Position numbers and translations under genes: made by a program
Part shown: one piece after another, positions 50,488-62,400 of the stretch
How the letters are laid out: the number at the start of each line of letters is the position of its first letter
Position numbering within the stretch: position 1 is the stretch's first letter
NCBI GenBank assembly: GCA_050084515.1
Contig: CM114271.1
Location: 8,494,001-8,558,000, forward strand
Length of the DNA stretch: 64,000 bases
Reading direction: 5' to 3'
DNA from: Blasia pusilla
Lineage: Eukaryota
The notes under the pieces: model-generated
What the model was told of the DNA's origin: nothing
What the model saw: the letters and a program-made list of their open reading frames with translations, nothing else
The model's database searches: none

Positions 50488-53400
50488 ATGGATAATTATG
50501 TTAAGCTCACTTGTGGCAGTCATCTGGCGGCCCTTCCTCAATCAGAAATCATTCGACCCCAAGCTCGTGAGTCTTTCGTAGCAGTGGATGAAAATTTTCT
50601 GTCTGTTCGATTTCTTCTTCAAATTGGAACCATCTTTGTATCCAAAGATGTTAGGGTGGAAGGTACGGAAGAAATAATAGGTGAGATGGTCCAGCCAGTG
50701 ACCTCAAACCGTAAAGTATGGAATCTCCTACCTCTCGCAAATGGTCAATACAGAGTTTACGGCCTGCCCTTGAATTCGTCTGTTTCCCAAGTAGACGGTC
50801 TAGAATTTCCTAGTGCTCCGAGCTCTACGTTTGCAACTCCAAGCTCTGCAGATCTGGCTTCGACTCCAACTTTGCACACTCGTAACAATGTTGTTCTTCC
50901 TGAAGAGATTCCGGATGTTATCAACCTCAGCGGATCTGTCGGACACCAATCAGGCCCTGTGTCCGCCTACTCGTTCCTCTTGCGAGTATCAGGCAATAGT
51001 TTGCTTTCGTCTCTGCCCTTGAAAATGTTCAAGCACATTCTTGGAGTGTAGAAGTTCAGCATGACTGTATCTAGAGCGCAACGGGCGAGTCAATACGTCG
51101 CAATTCCCTCCCAAGAATGCAGAAACTCCATACGAGGTCGGTGCCACAATACCGCCGGGAGGCCATCGATGTCCTCATTGTCAGGCATCGCCCTTCTGCG
51201 TTGGAGCGTGTCCTGCATAGATATTTTTCATTGTCCATGACTTGGGCTCCACGTCAGAGTATACAAGGCTGGAAGTTCATGTTGGCTCCCACACTCATCC
51301 TATGACCGATGCAATTCAAAGACACATCAAGGAGGATGTGGCGAAGAAAGTAGCCGAGGTCTTCAGAAACTCTCCTGGTTCAAAGCCTGGGGTGATCAAG
51401 CTCACAACGGCATCACAAATTTGTGAACAATTGCTTGGAATCCCTGGACAGGGCAAGATCACGGCGGTTGAGGAGAAACAACTTTGGGAAAATCTCGCAT
51501 TTCTCACTGATCCTGAATGCTTCCGGAATTTGCTGCGTCAGATACGAGTTTTGGATGGAAAGACGGCCGAAATGGATGCCATCGCTAGAATCAAGGCCAA
51601 CTCCAGATTTCCATTCATTCAGAGATGGCAGTTCATGGGCCAAGGAGGCGAGGGATCCAGGGCCTATGTCTTCAAAATATCAACCACAGGTCCCTCGAGT
51701 GGCCTCGATCTTATAGATCGAATGAGGGAAGGGGAAGATCTTTACGGGAGCTGGGTCAGCTTTGATATTTGCTACAGAGTGCTGAACGGATGGTTGACGA
51801 CGGGTGCTCACATTTATGACCATGTGGAGAAGGGACTCAAAACTATACTTGTGTGTGAAGTAAAGGCAGAAGACGTTGGCAGTTTGAAGATGTGCTGCTT
51901 ACTCTTATTGGAGGTGGTGAAGGAAAACAAAAGGCCACCTCCGGAAATTTATGGGTTCATGGCGGACCATGCACAACCTGGGTGGATTGCTATCCGGGAA
52001 GTGTTCTGGGGTGGAGAGGTTCAACCGGAGAGGGAAATTTCGGATGCTTTCCATTGGCAGCGATGATCAGTGACCGGTACACCAAATCTTGCATCAAGGA
52101 GAATAAGAGGATGAGCATGTCACTCTACTCCAACGCTGCAAGGGCAAAAAACCTTGAAGCAGGCCATGGACCGCGGGAAGAACTTCATGGGTGGTGGAGG
52201 AAGCATGCGATTGAGGGGAAGTACAAAGAGTTGTGCTCTTGGTTGAGTTGGTGGACTGTACATATGAGACAATGGGGAAACTTCATGCGGCAGGTGAGTT
52301 CACTATTTTGTCTTGTCAAGCTCACGCTGAGAATTGTTTGTAAAGTTGTAGCTCACGGTGAGAAGCGTGGGAATTATATGGATTTCAAACCCAAGAAACC
52401 AAGCAAGCTGTCGGATGCGACGGGTTGCCCGAGTGTGCAACTCGACGGAAACCGACGGGTTGCCCAAGGGTGCAACCCGACGGAAACCGACGGGTTGCAT
52501 CCAGATGTTTGGTGCAACCCAAGTGTGCAACCTGTCGGGACCCGACGGGTCACAGAGTCGTTCATGGGATGCCACGACCTTGCAACCCGTCGTGTTCCGA
52601 CGGGTTGCAGTAGGTGGGTTTAAGGTTACAACACGTCGGTTTCCGTCGGGTTGCAGAGTCGTTCATGGGATGCCTCGGGCCTGCAACCCGTCTGGTTCCG
52701 ACAGGTCGCTTATTTCTTTGACTCATGGGTTATTTTCGTTCCCTTGTAACATTGCCGTCATTGCTGGGATTGAACGTTCATGAAAATGCCCTCTGCCCCA
52801 ACACAAGTGGAGCAGAAAGTGTTCATTCCTCCTGGAGGTCGTCACAAGCATGCCAACGAATTTCACTTGTGGAGGCATGCCAACAAGACCAAGCAAGAGC
52901 AATGCTACAGTTTGCAGCATCCCATATCTTTCTCACAAAAGGCATAAGAAAAGGAAAAGGGCCGTCGATCTACGAGCTCTATGTCAGGGCGGCTGTGAGA
53001 TCTGGTGATGAAAAATTGTATGTCAAAGCCGTCAACCGGTGCGTAGCTGGAACTCCACTCGAGCAAGACGTACACATAGGTGGGGATATTCGTGGGCGGG
53101 TTTCAAGACATCCCATACAGATGATGGTAGAGCAGTCCGAACGAGACTCGTGGAGACCAGATAAGTATCTTGACTTCAGGCAGGTGAAGAGGCAACATCG
53201 AGGAACGAATCAGGTGATTGATTTGGATGAGGAAATTACACCGCCCAGGTATTCGGGGACCCCGGACCCGTCCCAAATCCGTGATGGAGTTACTTCTCCA
53301 AAATCAGTGAATGTTTTATTTCAAAAGCCCTCCGTTCTTTGGAAGTTCGCAACATCCATCCTTTGGGGTGGTTCAACAATATGGGATTCCGGTAATGGAG

Positions 53401-53777
53401 GTGGATTGCAACCTAAAACGGTGGCATATATCTCGGAGCAACCCAGGACGTGGACCCACCTGTAGGGCAGGATTTGATGGCATTAGGAGAGCATGCGGCA
53501 CTTTCCTAAATAAGAACTGTACAAGGACTTGACGACCTCTGCCTGGGTTTTGGGGACTCAAAACCGTTGATCGTTTCACGAGGACCGGGGATCAATTGAA
53601 GTACTTCTTCTGCCCAAATGAATCATGCGCTTTCGGAAGTCTTATCCGGCTGCCATTGAGCTCAGGAATACCCCACGATTTGGCCCATCGCCGCAGGCAC
53701 GAACTGCACTCAAGACAAAGTGGACAATCTTACAAGTGCCGGTTTCAAACTCGTAGACGGGGGAAGTTCGGAGCATG
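50488..53777 (+). pseudogene. MULE DDE transposase, copy C (SWIM region deleted; intron 52294-52766)
   Basis: ORF 51242-52066 contains SFDICY, FMAD and DAFHW. ORF 52725-53465 contains NTSGAESVHS. Confidence 0.85.
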
Positions 53778-54055
53778 ATTTTTCAGTTTTGTAAATTTTG
53801 TGCAATTTGCAACTCGTCGGACTCACAGGGGTTGCCAAAATATGGAAGAGGAAAAAAAAACTGTGAGATTGTTTAATAAATGAACAAAAATGTGCAAAAA
53901 AATTCACACAAAAAGTTTCCTCTCTTCAACCCAACGGAAACTCTCTTCAAAAAAAAGTATCTATTTCGGTTGAAGGTAGTTTCCTCTCTCCTCTCTCCTC
54001 TCTTCCTCTCTCCTCTGTCCTCTCTTCCTCTCTTCCTCTCCTCTTATCGCACCTC

Positions 54056-55493
54056 GTCACTCTCGCACCGTAAAGCCAGGGTCTTCCAATAAGCAAAGGA
54101 TAGCCAATGGCTATTAAGGGCTGCAACACTAAGTAGTCCAACAGAAATAGCACCCCGGCGAGCATGGTCGGGATCTGAGTGAGCTGTCCGAGGGGTTGCT
54201 TCCGGGACTGATCCGCGAACCGCGGATACTTGTCGGTGGGCTCGTACTCTGTATATCCTAGTGCCCGGGCCGTCTGTTCGGTCATAATGTTCATTCCACT
54301 TCCCGAGTCAATGGGAACCTTCTTAATGTTGTGTTCCTCAATCTCCACTTCTACCTCTGGGGCTCCCAAATCTTCCACTTCAATACTGAACAGATCCACT
54401 ACTGGTAGATTCTTTGCAGACTTCTTGGGTTTTCTGCGGCTTATCTTCCACCGCTGCAAAATTTTGCCATACACAGGGTTATCCATTAATAATTGCAGTA
54501 GGGTTATCTTGGCCGGGTTTGACGCCAAGTCCCTGAGTAAGTCGTAGGCTTCCAAGATCAGAGGTGACGTCACAATGGCTTGTACTGCCGGAACCATTCC
54601 GGTTCTCGACTTCTCTATGGTCTGCCTCCCTTCTGGCCCTTGGTCCTGGCGCACTTGAGCCCGAACCTGGTCCTCAATATCCTGATGGAAGTACTTAGGG
54701 TGACTTCGATTGAAGGCCGGGTCAACATTGCCTTTAGGATGGCCTTCCCGGCGCGGAAGGCGTCAACACTTTTCGTCTTGGGGTCTTTAGCTTCACGCGA
54801 AGACGAAGCACCTTTCCTTGCCTTGGGGATCCCAGCGGTCTGGTTCTTGGACCTCGTGGTGACAGCAAGAACGGTGTTTTGGAGCTCCTTGGGCCAGTCC
54901 GATGATTCTTCGGCCACCGCTAACGGTGGCCGAAGAATCATAGTCCTGGGGGATAGTGACTCGCTTTGTCCTGGGGGACCCTAACTCTTCCACTTGGACG
55001 AGTTGCACATTTACGTCATTCTTGGACTCTGGTTGGGCTGCTAGGGTGTTGACATACTTTACCAACAACCGCGGGACCTTGGGCTCCGGGCATTCCACTG
55101 CAGTGTGCCCGCCCTCCTTGCAATTTCCGCACAATGGATTGAGTCCTACTGGCCGCTTTGGATTTGTGCAATTATTAGCACAATGGTCAGCTGCCCCACA
55201 ATTATAACAACAATTCCTTTTCATGGGTGGCGTGAAGGCTGCCGCGCCCATAATCTGTCTTAGGGGTCTCTGTTTCCCGTATTCCGGAGGCACATATCGG
55301 ATGATCCAACTTCGTCAGGGATTAGGCGGTGGCCAAGCTTGGATTGCATAACACCCTTCCCACTGTTCGGGTTCATACCACCCTTCTTCTGTAGTTGGAT
55401 CTTCTTAGATCCAACGTAAATCTCTCTGAGTATGACTCAATAGACCTGTCGTCTTCTGGGATCCTTCTAGGCTACCAGATGTACCTTCAATTC
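54056..55493 (-). pseudogene. Gypsy copy 2 protease and gag zinc knuckles
   Basis: VPIDSGSGMNIM and LLIGRPWL protease motifs; CYNCGAADHCANNC and CGNCKEGGHTAVEC knuckles. Confidence 0.9.
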
Positions 55494-56090
55494 GGGGGCT
55501 GGTATTCTGGCAGGAGAGAGGAAGAGAGGAGAGGAAGAGAGGAGAGTCTCTCTTCAAAAAAAGGCACAAAAGGGGAAAAAAAATGAAACTCTCTTCAAAA
55601 AATATGAAGATTATGGATAATAAGTGAGTATTTTTTTTTGAGATTTTTTTTGAAGAGAGGAAACTTAGTGCAACCCGTCGGAATCCAACGTGTTGCAATT
55701 TTTTGGTTCTTTTTCTTTTTCTTATTCTTTTTGGGTTAAGGAAAAAAAATCAATTTTGGGGTTTTTTTTAACATTTGCAACCCGTCGGAGTCCCCCAAAA
55801 ATGTAAAAAAACCCCCCAAAATGAATTTTTTTCCTTAACCATAAAAAAAAAACCAAAAAAAGTTGCAACCCGTCGGATTTCTGACGGGTTGAAAAGGTAA
55901 AAAAATTACAAAAAAAAACAATTTCAAAATTTTTTTTCACCACCAAATTTTTCTGGAAAAAAATTTCCTTTTCAACTTGTCAAAACTTTCCTCTCTCCAA
56001 CTTGTTGGAAACTCTCTTCAAACCAAAAGAGCCATAGGGGTTGCCAATATCTTCCTCTCTCCTCTCTCCTCTCTCCTCTCTCCGCTCCTC
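55494..56090 (+). mobile_element. 597-bp non-autonomous (MITE-like) member of the same Mutator family
   Basis: 9-bp TSD CTTCAATTC at 55485-55493 and 56091-56099. Same left terminus, right terminus ...CTCTCCGCTCCTC, AT-rich interior with about 3 palindromes. Confidence 0.92.
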
Positions 56091-57206
56091 CTTCAATTCC
56101 GCCATTTGTTTACTTAACTCTTGAATGGCAGACTTGCCTGCCTTCCTTGCTATCCCCTGTACTGGACTTTCCGACTGCTGGGGAAGGTGCTTTGTTGGTG
56201 TGGTTTTCCTTCAATGCTTGGGAGAGTGGTGGCGCGTGCTTTTTCTTTTCCGCTTAGATTTTAAATCTTTTTCTGAGTTCGAGGACTCCGTGGCGTCCCC
56301 AATAGAGGATTCTGTGTCTGTAGAGGACGCTTCATCCTTTGACAAAGAACTAGTTTGCGAAGAACCTCGTCATTGATGACGCCATCTTCGTGTCTTACGG
56401 GACTTCTCGGAGGCCTCGTACGCCTCTGCGGATGCTATGACTGCTTCCAAGGAATCTCGTTGGCCTCGCCGACAGTACCGGTCCATTTCTTTGGACAATT
56501 GCGACACAAACCAATCTACCAACTGTGAGGTAGTAGTGTGTTCAAGTTTATTCACAAGGCTACGAAACCTTTGGGTGTATTCCTTGAGAGTTTCCTTCTT
56601 TTTACGTTTGAGGTCGCGAAGCTTCGTCAGAAGCTTGTCCTCGAACTCGAGGTCAGGGAACTCGTGAAGAAAGGCCTCTAGTACCCTTTTCCAGGTTTCC
56701 GTGACGTCCACTCCGAGACCCTCGTACCATTGGCTTGCTCGCTTCTTAAGCAGGCCAGGAAAGACTCGCAACAAATCCTCCTCTGAGCCTTCCCCATTAG
56801 CCTTAGCTACATGGGTAAATTCAAGCACAAAGTTGTCAACGTCATCTCGCCGTCCCCCTGCAAACGTGGGGTATCTTAGCAGCGTCTTCCTAGTGTTGGC
56901 CATTGGGAAATGTCTCCTGCTGGGTCCCGGACTTGATGCTCGGGAGGGAGGAGGCAGCGGTTCTGATCTAGTTGATTTGGTCGGCTCCTCGTCCCCAAAG
57001 GAGTTCCAGGTTGACTCTTTGTCCGACTGCAAACTGGCAGGAGATGTGCTCGGGAGCGTATTCCTGTCCCTCTTCTTGCTCTTGGGCTTCATGCAAGGCC
57101 GAAGACTGGGAGACACCCCCGATGGTCTCCAAGACGGGTGATCTTCTTGTTGCTTATTGCGTCGATCAGCTCGCTGATCTCGCAAAGAGGGCCGAGAGAC
57201 TTCCAT
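56091..57206 (-). pseudogene. Gypsy copy 2 gag
   Basis: ORF 56370-57206 (YPTFAGG...ASQWY...ETLKEYTQRF). Confidence 0.88.
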
Positions 57207-57672
57207 GAGTCCCTTCTAGGATTCGGGAGCTTGCTTCCGCACCCACGATCGCCACAAGGTAGGGGTCCATGGAGGGAAATTAGATCTTCCTAATTCCTAA
57301 AGCCTACAGGAGTGTCTGAGTGCTCTTAATCTTCTGCCAGGTTTTCCTCCCATAAACAGAAGTACCGGGTCATCACCAAGTACAACTGACGTTCATGGGC
57401 GAAGCACTATTCGGCGACTGGTTCTTTGACAATACTAATTAATTGTTCTATCTTTTCTAGCACCAATGCAGCTAACCAGTTGTTATCTTCTTTCATCCAT
57501 TGTCTTAGGGGGATAACTAGAGATAGCAAATAGTCTTCCATGAGAACTAGATGGTTGGGTCTTCTAGGAGACAAGGCTTCCTTCCCCGCTCCTGGGTTCC
57601 CCATGTGTCTCTCTCCCTCTCCACCAAAGCTTATGATCTCCGGCAGCAGTGCCAAAAAAATTTGGTTCTATA

Positions 57673-58966
57673 TGTAATGTACAAGAGTTTCTATTTTACA
57701 GTCGTTTACTAAGTTCGATCCCCAAGAGGATCATTGTTTGATGAAAAGAGAGTTCAAAATTACAATACTGTTGTAATAGTTGTATTTAAATATGTATGAT
57801 TGATATTCAATATCTTATCAATATCTTCGGATCTTTCTTAGTACCAAAGTTTCTTTTCTCAATTCTCTCTAGTGGAGTTGACAACATGCTCAGGTAGATT
57901 TCCTCTCGATATCAAGAAACCTCACAAAGACCTCAACCTGAAAGCTGGCTTATCCTACTTTCGGAACTCAATCCGTCTCGGCAGGCTACTCTATGTCAAA
58001 GAGATTTCTTACAACTCTATGTTGATTATTCCATTGATGAGAAAGGTTCGCCTGATTCACTCTTCACTTTGCAGACCCAAAAAGAATGCTCACACATAAG
58101 CATCGCACATCAGATTGAATGAATGATTGCTTTACTACTCCATCAAGAATGAGAAAGCTTCAAAAGTGTATACAAGCTCGAGAGGGTACTACTCCCTTGC
58201 TTGGACCATTCCTACAGCATGAGGACTTTGTAAGAGAATGATGATGATAACTACTTCTATGCTTCTTAAATACTCTCTGAAGGAGGAGTGATCGAAAGAT
58301 TTGAAGCAATTTTTTTATGAAGTTGGTGTCTCTTCAACATTTGTAACTACCTAGATCTATGGTGCTCTATTCTTTTCCTAAGATCCCTATGAATCCGTAG
58401 AACAAAGTTGTCATAACTACCAATTTGATACAAAGGGTTGCGTCTTTTCCTATTCCAACTGTTCTAACTATGTGTCGCTTGAAATCACTGTCAATCTTAG
58501 CTTCGCTTCGCTGCTAAGTCTGGACCTCTTTTGCTTCGCTTGAGGACGAAGCTCTTTCTCCTGATCTGTAGACAAAGCGCTCCATTCTTTGTTCTTGTTC
58601 CAAGTGCTTCGTTCTTTGAGCTTCATTCAAGAGCGAAGTACTTCTTTCTCTTCTTCATGCTTCGTTATACTTCGTTATAGAGCGAAGCACTTCATAGAGA
58701 GAGCTTAACAGAGCTCCACAAAGCTTCGTTGTCCTTCCGAAGCTTCTTGCTGGGTCTTTAGACTTCGTTATTTGATTCTCCTCTCCTCTTAGGCAAATCC
58801 TTGATTTTCTATCTCTCTGCCTTGTCCTTGGAGCTTCGTGATTCACTTTAATCTTACTCATCCCTCCCCATAATAATATATAATAATCAAAATCATAATG
58901 TATATACAAGTCTTCATTGAATAAAAAGATGTATTTCTTCAAAAGTATAAAATTGTGGGTATCACA
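57673..58966 (-). repeat. 5' LTR of gypsy copy 2 (1294 bp, TGTAAT...ATCACA)
   Basis: TG...CA termini, match to 24415-25300, and a PBS-like motif on its inner side. Confidence 0.9.
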
Positions 58967-59419
58967 AGTCTTCATTCCCATGGAGTGGAGCCTTGTGTGC
59001 GGGGTGAGGCGTTTAAGATCTTTAGAAGTTTTGGATGGATCGGGAAAGAAGCATTGAAATGTGCGAGCAAAGATTCGAGTGATGAAGAAGAGAAAGAGAA
59101 GAGCAAAGTGCATGGAGACCGCCAAGGATACCTACAAAGAATCGTTCCCCTCTTTGTCCAATCATTTGAATACAAGCTCTCACCTCAAATACTCATTGTC
59201 TATCCTCTTAACTTTACATCCTAAGCATATGAGGAACCACTCATTGCCATGCACTTCCAAAGGAAAATTGAAAATAACACAAGCATTGAATCTCCAAATC
59301 CATACATTCCCTTATTGCAACACTAGCGTGCTCTAGTTACAATAGCCTTTGGCTGAAGCTTCCTCTCGTCACAAGTCATATCCCTAGCTACTCCGTGTAC
59401 TAACGCATGTGCTTCCCTT

Positions 59420-62400
59420 GCAACCATTTGAAGTCTTGCAACACCTCTTGCCCATGTTCCAGGTCTGCCTACGCAATCCAAGTCACCTCTTGACCAAGTA
59501 CTCGTACTTGTTGGCCCTACGCCTCAAACGTAAGATGGTCTCCACCTCGAACTCCGGTTCTTTGATCATGATTACCGGGTGTGGTCTCAACGTTTGTCTT
59601 TGCTCGGGACACTCAATACCATGAAGGTAATTTTTAAACAATGATACATGGAAAGTGGGATATATCCTGAACTCTTTTGGCAGCTCCAATATATACATAT
59701 CCTCAAGCAGGTATGCCTTAATCACATTTGGTCCAACATACTCGGTAGATAGCTTTGCGGACAACTCCTTTGGAAGAGTGAGATTCTTCACACTCAACCA
59801 CACTTGTTCCCCTACTTGGAGTCTCACTTGGCGCTTGCTCTTGTTAGCATGCTTCACGTACCTAAGTTGAGCCTTTGCAAGGTTTGTCCTTGCTTGCTCC
59901 CCTCGATCTTGCATCTCTGCCCAAAAACTTTCTTCCATCCCTTGTCTAGTCTATGCCGATGTAGTACCCTTTGAAAGGGCCACGTCAAGAGGCCCTTCTA
60001 GATCACGTCCATAAGCCAAGAGAAATAGAGATTCTCCAATCGGAGAATGCTTGGTTGATGTGATAACCCACTCTTTTGAACCTTTTGTAGTTGGGGTGTT
60101 TTTTGTACATAAATAGGTAAAAGTCTTTATGAAGGAAGATTGAAGATTTTGTAGAAGATTGTAAATATGATTAGGGAAAGAGAAATAGTTAGAAGAGTAC
60201 TTGATAAGGCTAGTTAGTGAAACTCCATTGAGAAGACAAGGAGATTGGAAGATCAAAGAATTATCTTGGACGAGTGAGAATTTTTGTAAGTGGAGGAAGG
60301 GACAAGGAAGAAGTAGGAGAGGCGCGGGTACTTCTCGGCAAAGACCGCAGTACGGGAAGATGGGGAAAGACTGTTAAACGAAGACCTGTAAAGGACTTCT
60401 TCTTTGCAGTAGATGATCCAAGGGAGTCTTCGTGCAAAGACTACGAAGACCGTGAATAATGAAACATCAGAGCGGTTTCGGAAGGTAGAAATGGAGGGGC
60501 GCCATGTTTCGGTTGGAAGAGGAAGAGACACCAAACGACTTAAGGGAAGTGAAGGGTTGGAAGATCTGGACTCTCCGATTAATAGTTAGAAATTTAGAAG
60601 GAAGTTAGAAGGTCAATCCTGAATTGTAAGAGACTATTTAAAGAATAGAGCAGAAGAGCACGGGGTCATTCCCTTGTGTTGTGAGTTCCAAGTACTTTTG
60701 GTGGATTGTGTGAAGAAGTCTTTGGGAATGATCCAAGCCGAAGTGTCTTGTACCCTTTGAAGCTTGTATTACTTTCTAGTTTCCTCCACTCTTTGATGCG
60801 ATACAAGTGTCCTTATTCTTTCTTGCGGATGTGCGGAAGAAATTGTCAATCTTATTGGGCTGCCCTGAGGAGGAGTATATAGTCTTTGATTTTGGAAGTT
60901 CAGAAGGATAATTGGGAAGAGCGTATGAAAGTTGTTAGATAGTGAGTAACCTATCGTGACAGATTAAGTTCTGAAAGTAAGATGAGCCGTAATCTTCTTG
61001 AGATCTTTTTGAGGTCCTTGTTGAAGTTTTGGTATCCAAGATTCGCAGGATTCTTTCGTGCACTTGAGAAGAGTCTTTTCCAAGAGGGAAGAAAACCATT
61101 CTGTTTTGTTGTACTAGTGAAGACTTAGTCATTGAAATTAGTGAAGTGCTTAGTGAAGGAGTTATTCTTGATATTTCTTATAAAACCTCTCTTTACTGAG
61201 GAAACAATGATCTCTTGGGAATGAACTTAATACTTTGCGATTAAAAGAGTACCTTTTTCCTTGAGTTGTACATTACAGTTGAGTTGTAGCAATACTCAGC
61301 CATACTCAACCACTCCGCCCAATCTCGCTAGTCCACGCTCACGTAATTCCTTGAGTATTGGTTCACGATGGAGTCTACCTTTTCCGTCTGACCATCCTTC
61401 TACATATGGAAGGCCGTGCTAAAACTCAGCTTGGTCTTGAACCTCGTGAACAAGTGTTTCCAAAAGACACTGGCAAACTTTGGATCCTGATTTGAGAAAA
61501 AAATCCTAGTTAACCCGTGCGCGCCCCACCAACTATCCAAGAACAATCGAGACGTCATATAGGCCGTCGCACAATCCACCTTTGGCACGAATCTCCCCAA
61601 CTTATTGAACCGATCAACTATCAAAAGTATGGCATTGTATCCCTCAAGCTCTGGAAGACTCGTTATGAAGTCCATACTCACACTCTATAAGGATCCGTCC
61701 GGAATCGACAAAGGGTGGAGCAAGCCTTGTTTCCTTGCATAAGAAACTCTGTTTGCCTGGCAGGTCACACATGTATTCACATATTTAGAAACATCCTCTT
61801 TCATGTTGGGGCATAAAAACCTCTTAGCCAAAACAACCAGCGTGGATTTCTCCCCTTTATGTCCTGATAAGGGTTTGTCATAACATTCCACTAACATCTT
61901 GGTTCACATCCTACCTTCGGCCACGTAGATCCTTCTCTGCCTAAACCTTACCAAGCCATGCCTCAAACTTATGTTGGCCACTTTCTCACCCTGCTTCAAC
62001 TTCCTTAGGTACTCATTCTCCTGGGTGTCTTTCATGTATCCCTCATGAATCCTTCTTTCGTGATCTCTTTCCTTGGGGAACATTGCTCTCAAGACCCGTG
62101 TTGTCGATGGCATGTCCTCATCCCTACGACTCAACGCATCTGAAATGACATTATCCTTCCTTGGCTTGTGGATCAATTCCACATTCATCAATACCAAGGT
62201 ATCATGCAATCGCAGTTGTTTTGGGGTCACTCGATTCTGGGTGTCAAAATACTTGAGTGATACGCTATCGGTGAACACTTGAGTCCTGTGAAGTCTAAAG
62301 TAGTGACGCCACTTCCTCGAGCAATGAACCATCGTGAACAACTCTTTCTCATGAGTGGGTCACCTCTTGTTGGTGTCACTAAGCTTCTTGCTCTCATAGG

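Larger units (their letters stand above)
42614..54055 (+). mobile_element. Full-length Mutator-like element copy C (about 11.4 kb)
   Basis: 9-bp TSD GTCACTCTC at 42605-42613 and 54056-54064. Termini GGGGGCTGGTATTCT... and ...CTCTTATCGCACCTC. Collinear with copy B. Confidence 0.93.
24415..58966 (-). mobile_element. Ty3/gypsy LTR retrotransposon copy 2 (Athila-like), split by three MULE-family insertions
   Basis: Removing the three insertions and one TSD copy each restores sequence collinear with copy 1, for example RYIFLD|GYS in RT. Confidence 0.88.

Noticed and set aside
29749-54055. Copies B and C as a tandem or assembly duplication
   Set aside because: They have different TSDs and private indels, and unique collinear gypsy sequence lies between them.
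58655-59336. ORFs with a hydrophobic N-terminus near the LTR end
   Set aside because: They span an LTR junction and low-complexity sequence; there is no support for a host gene.
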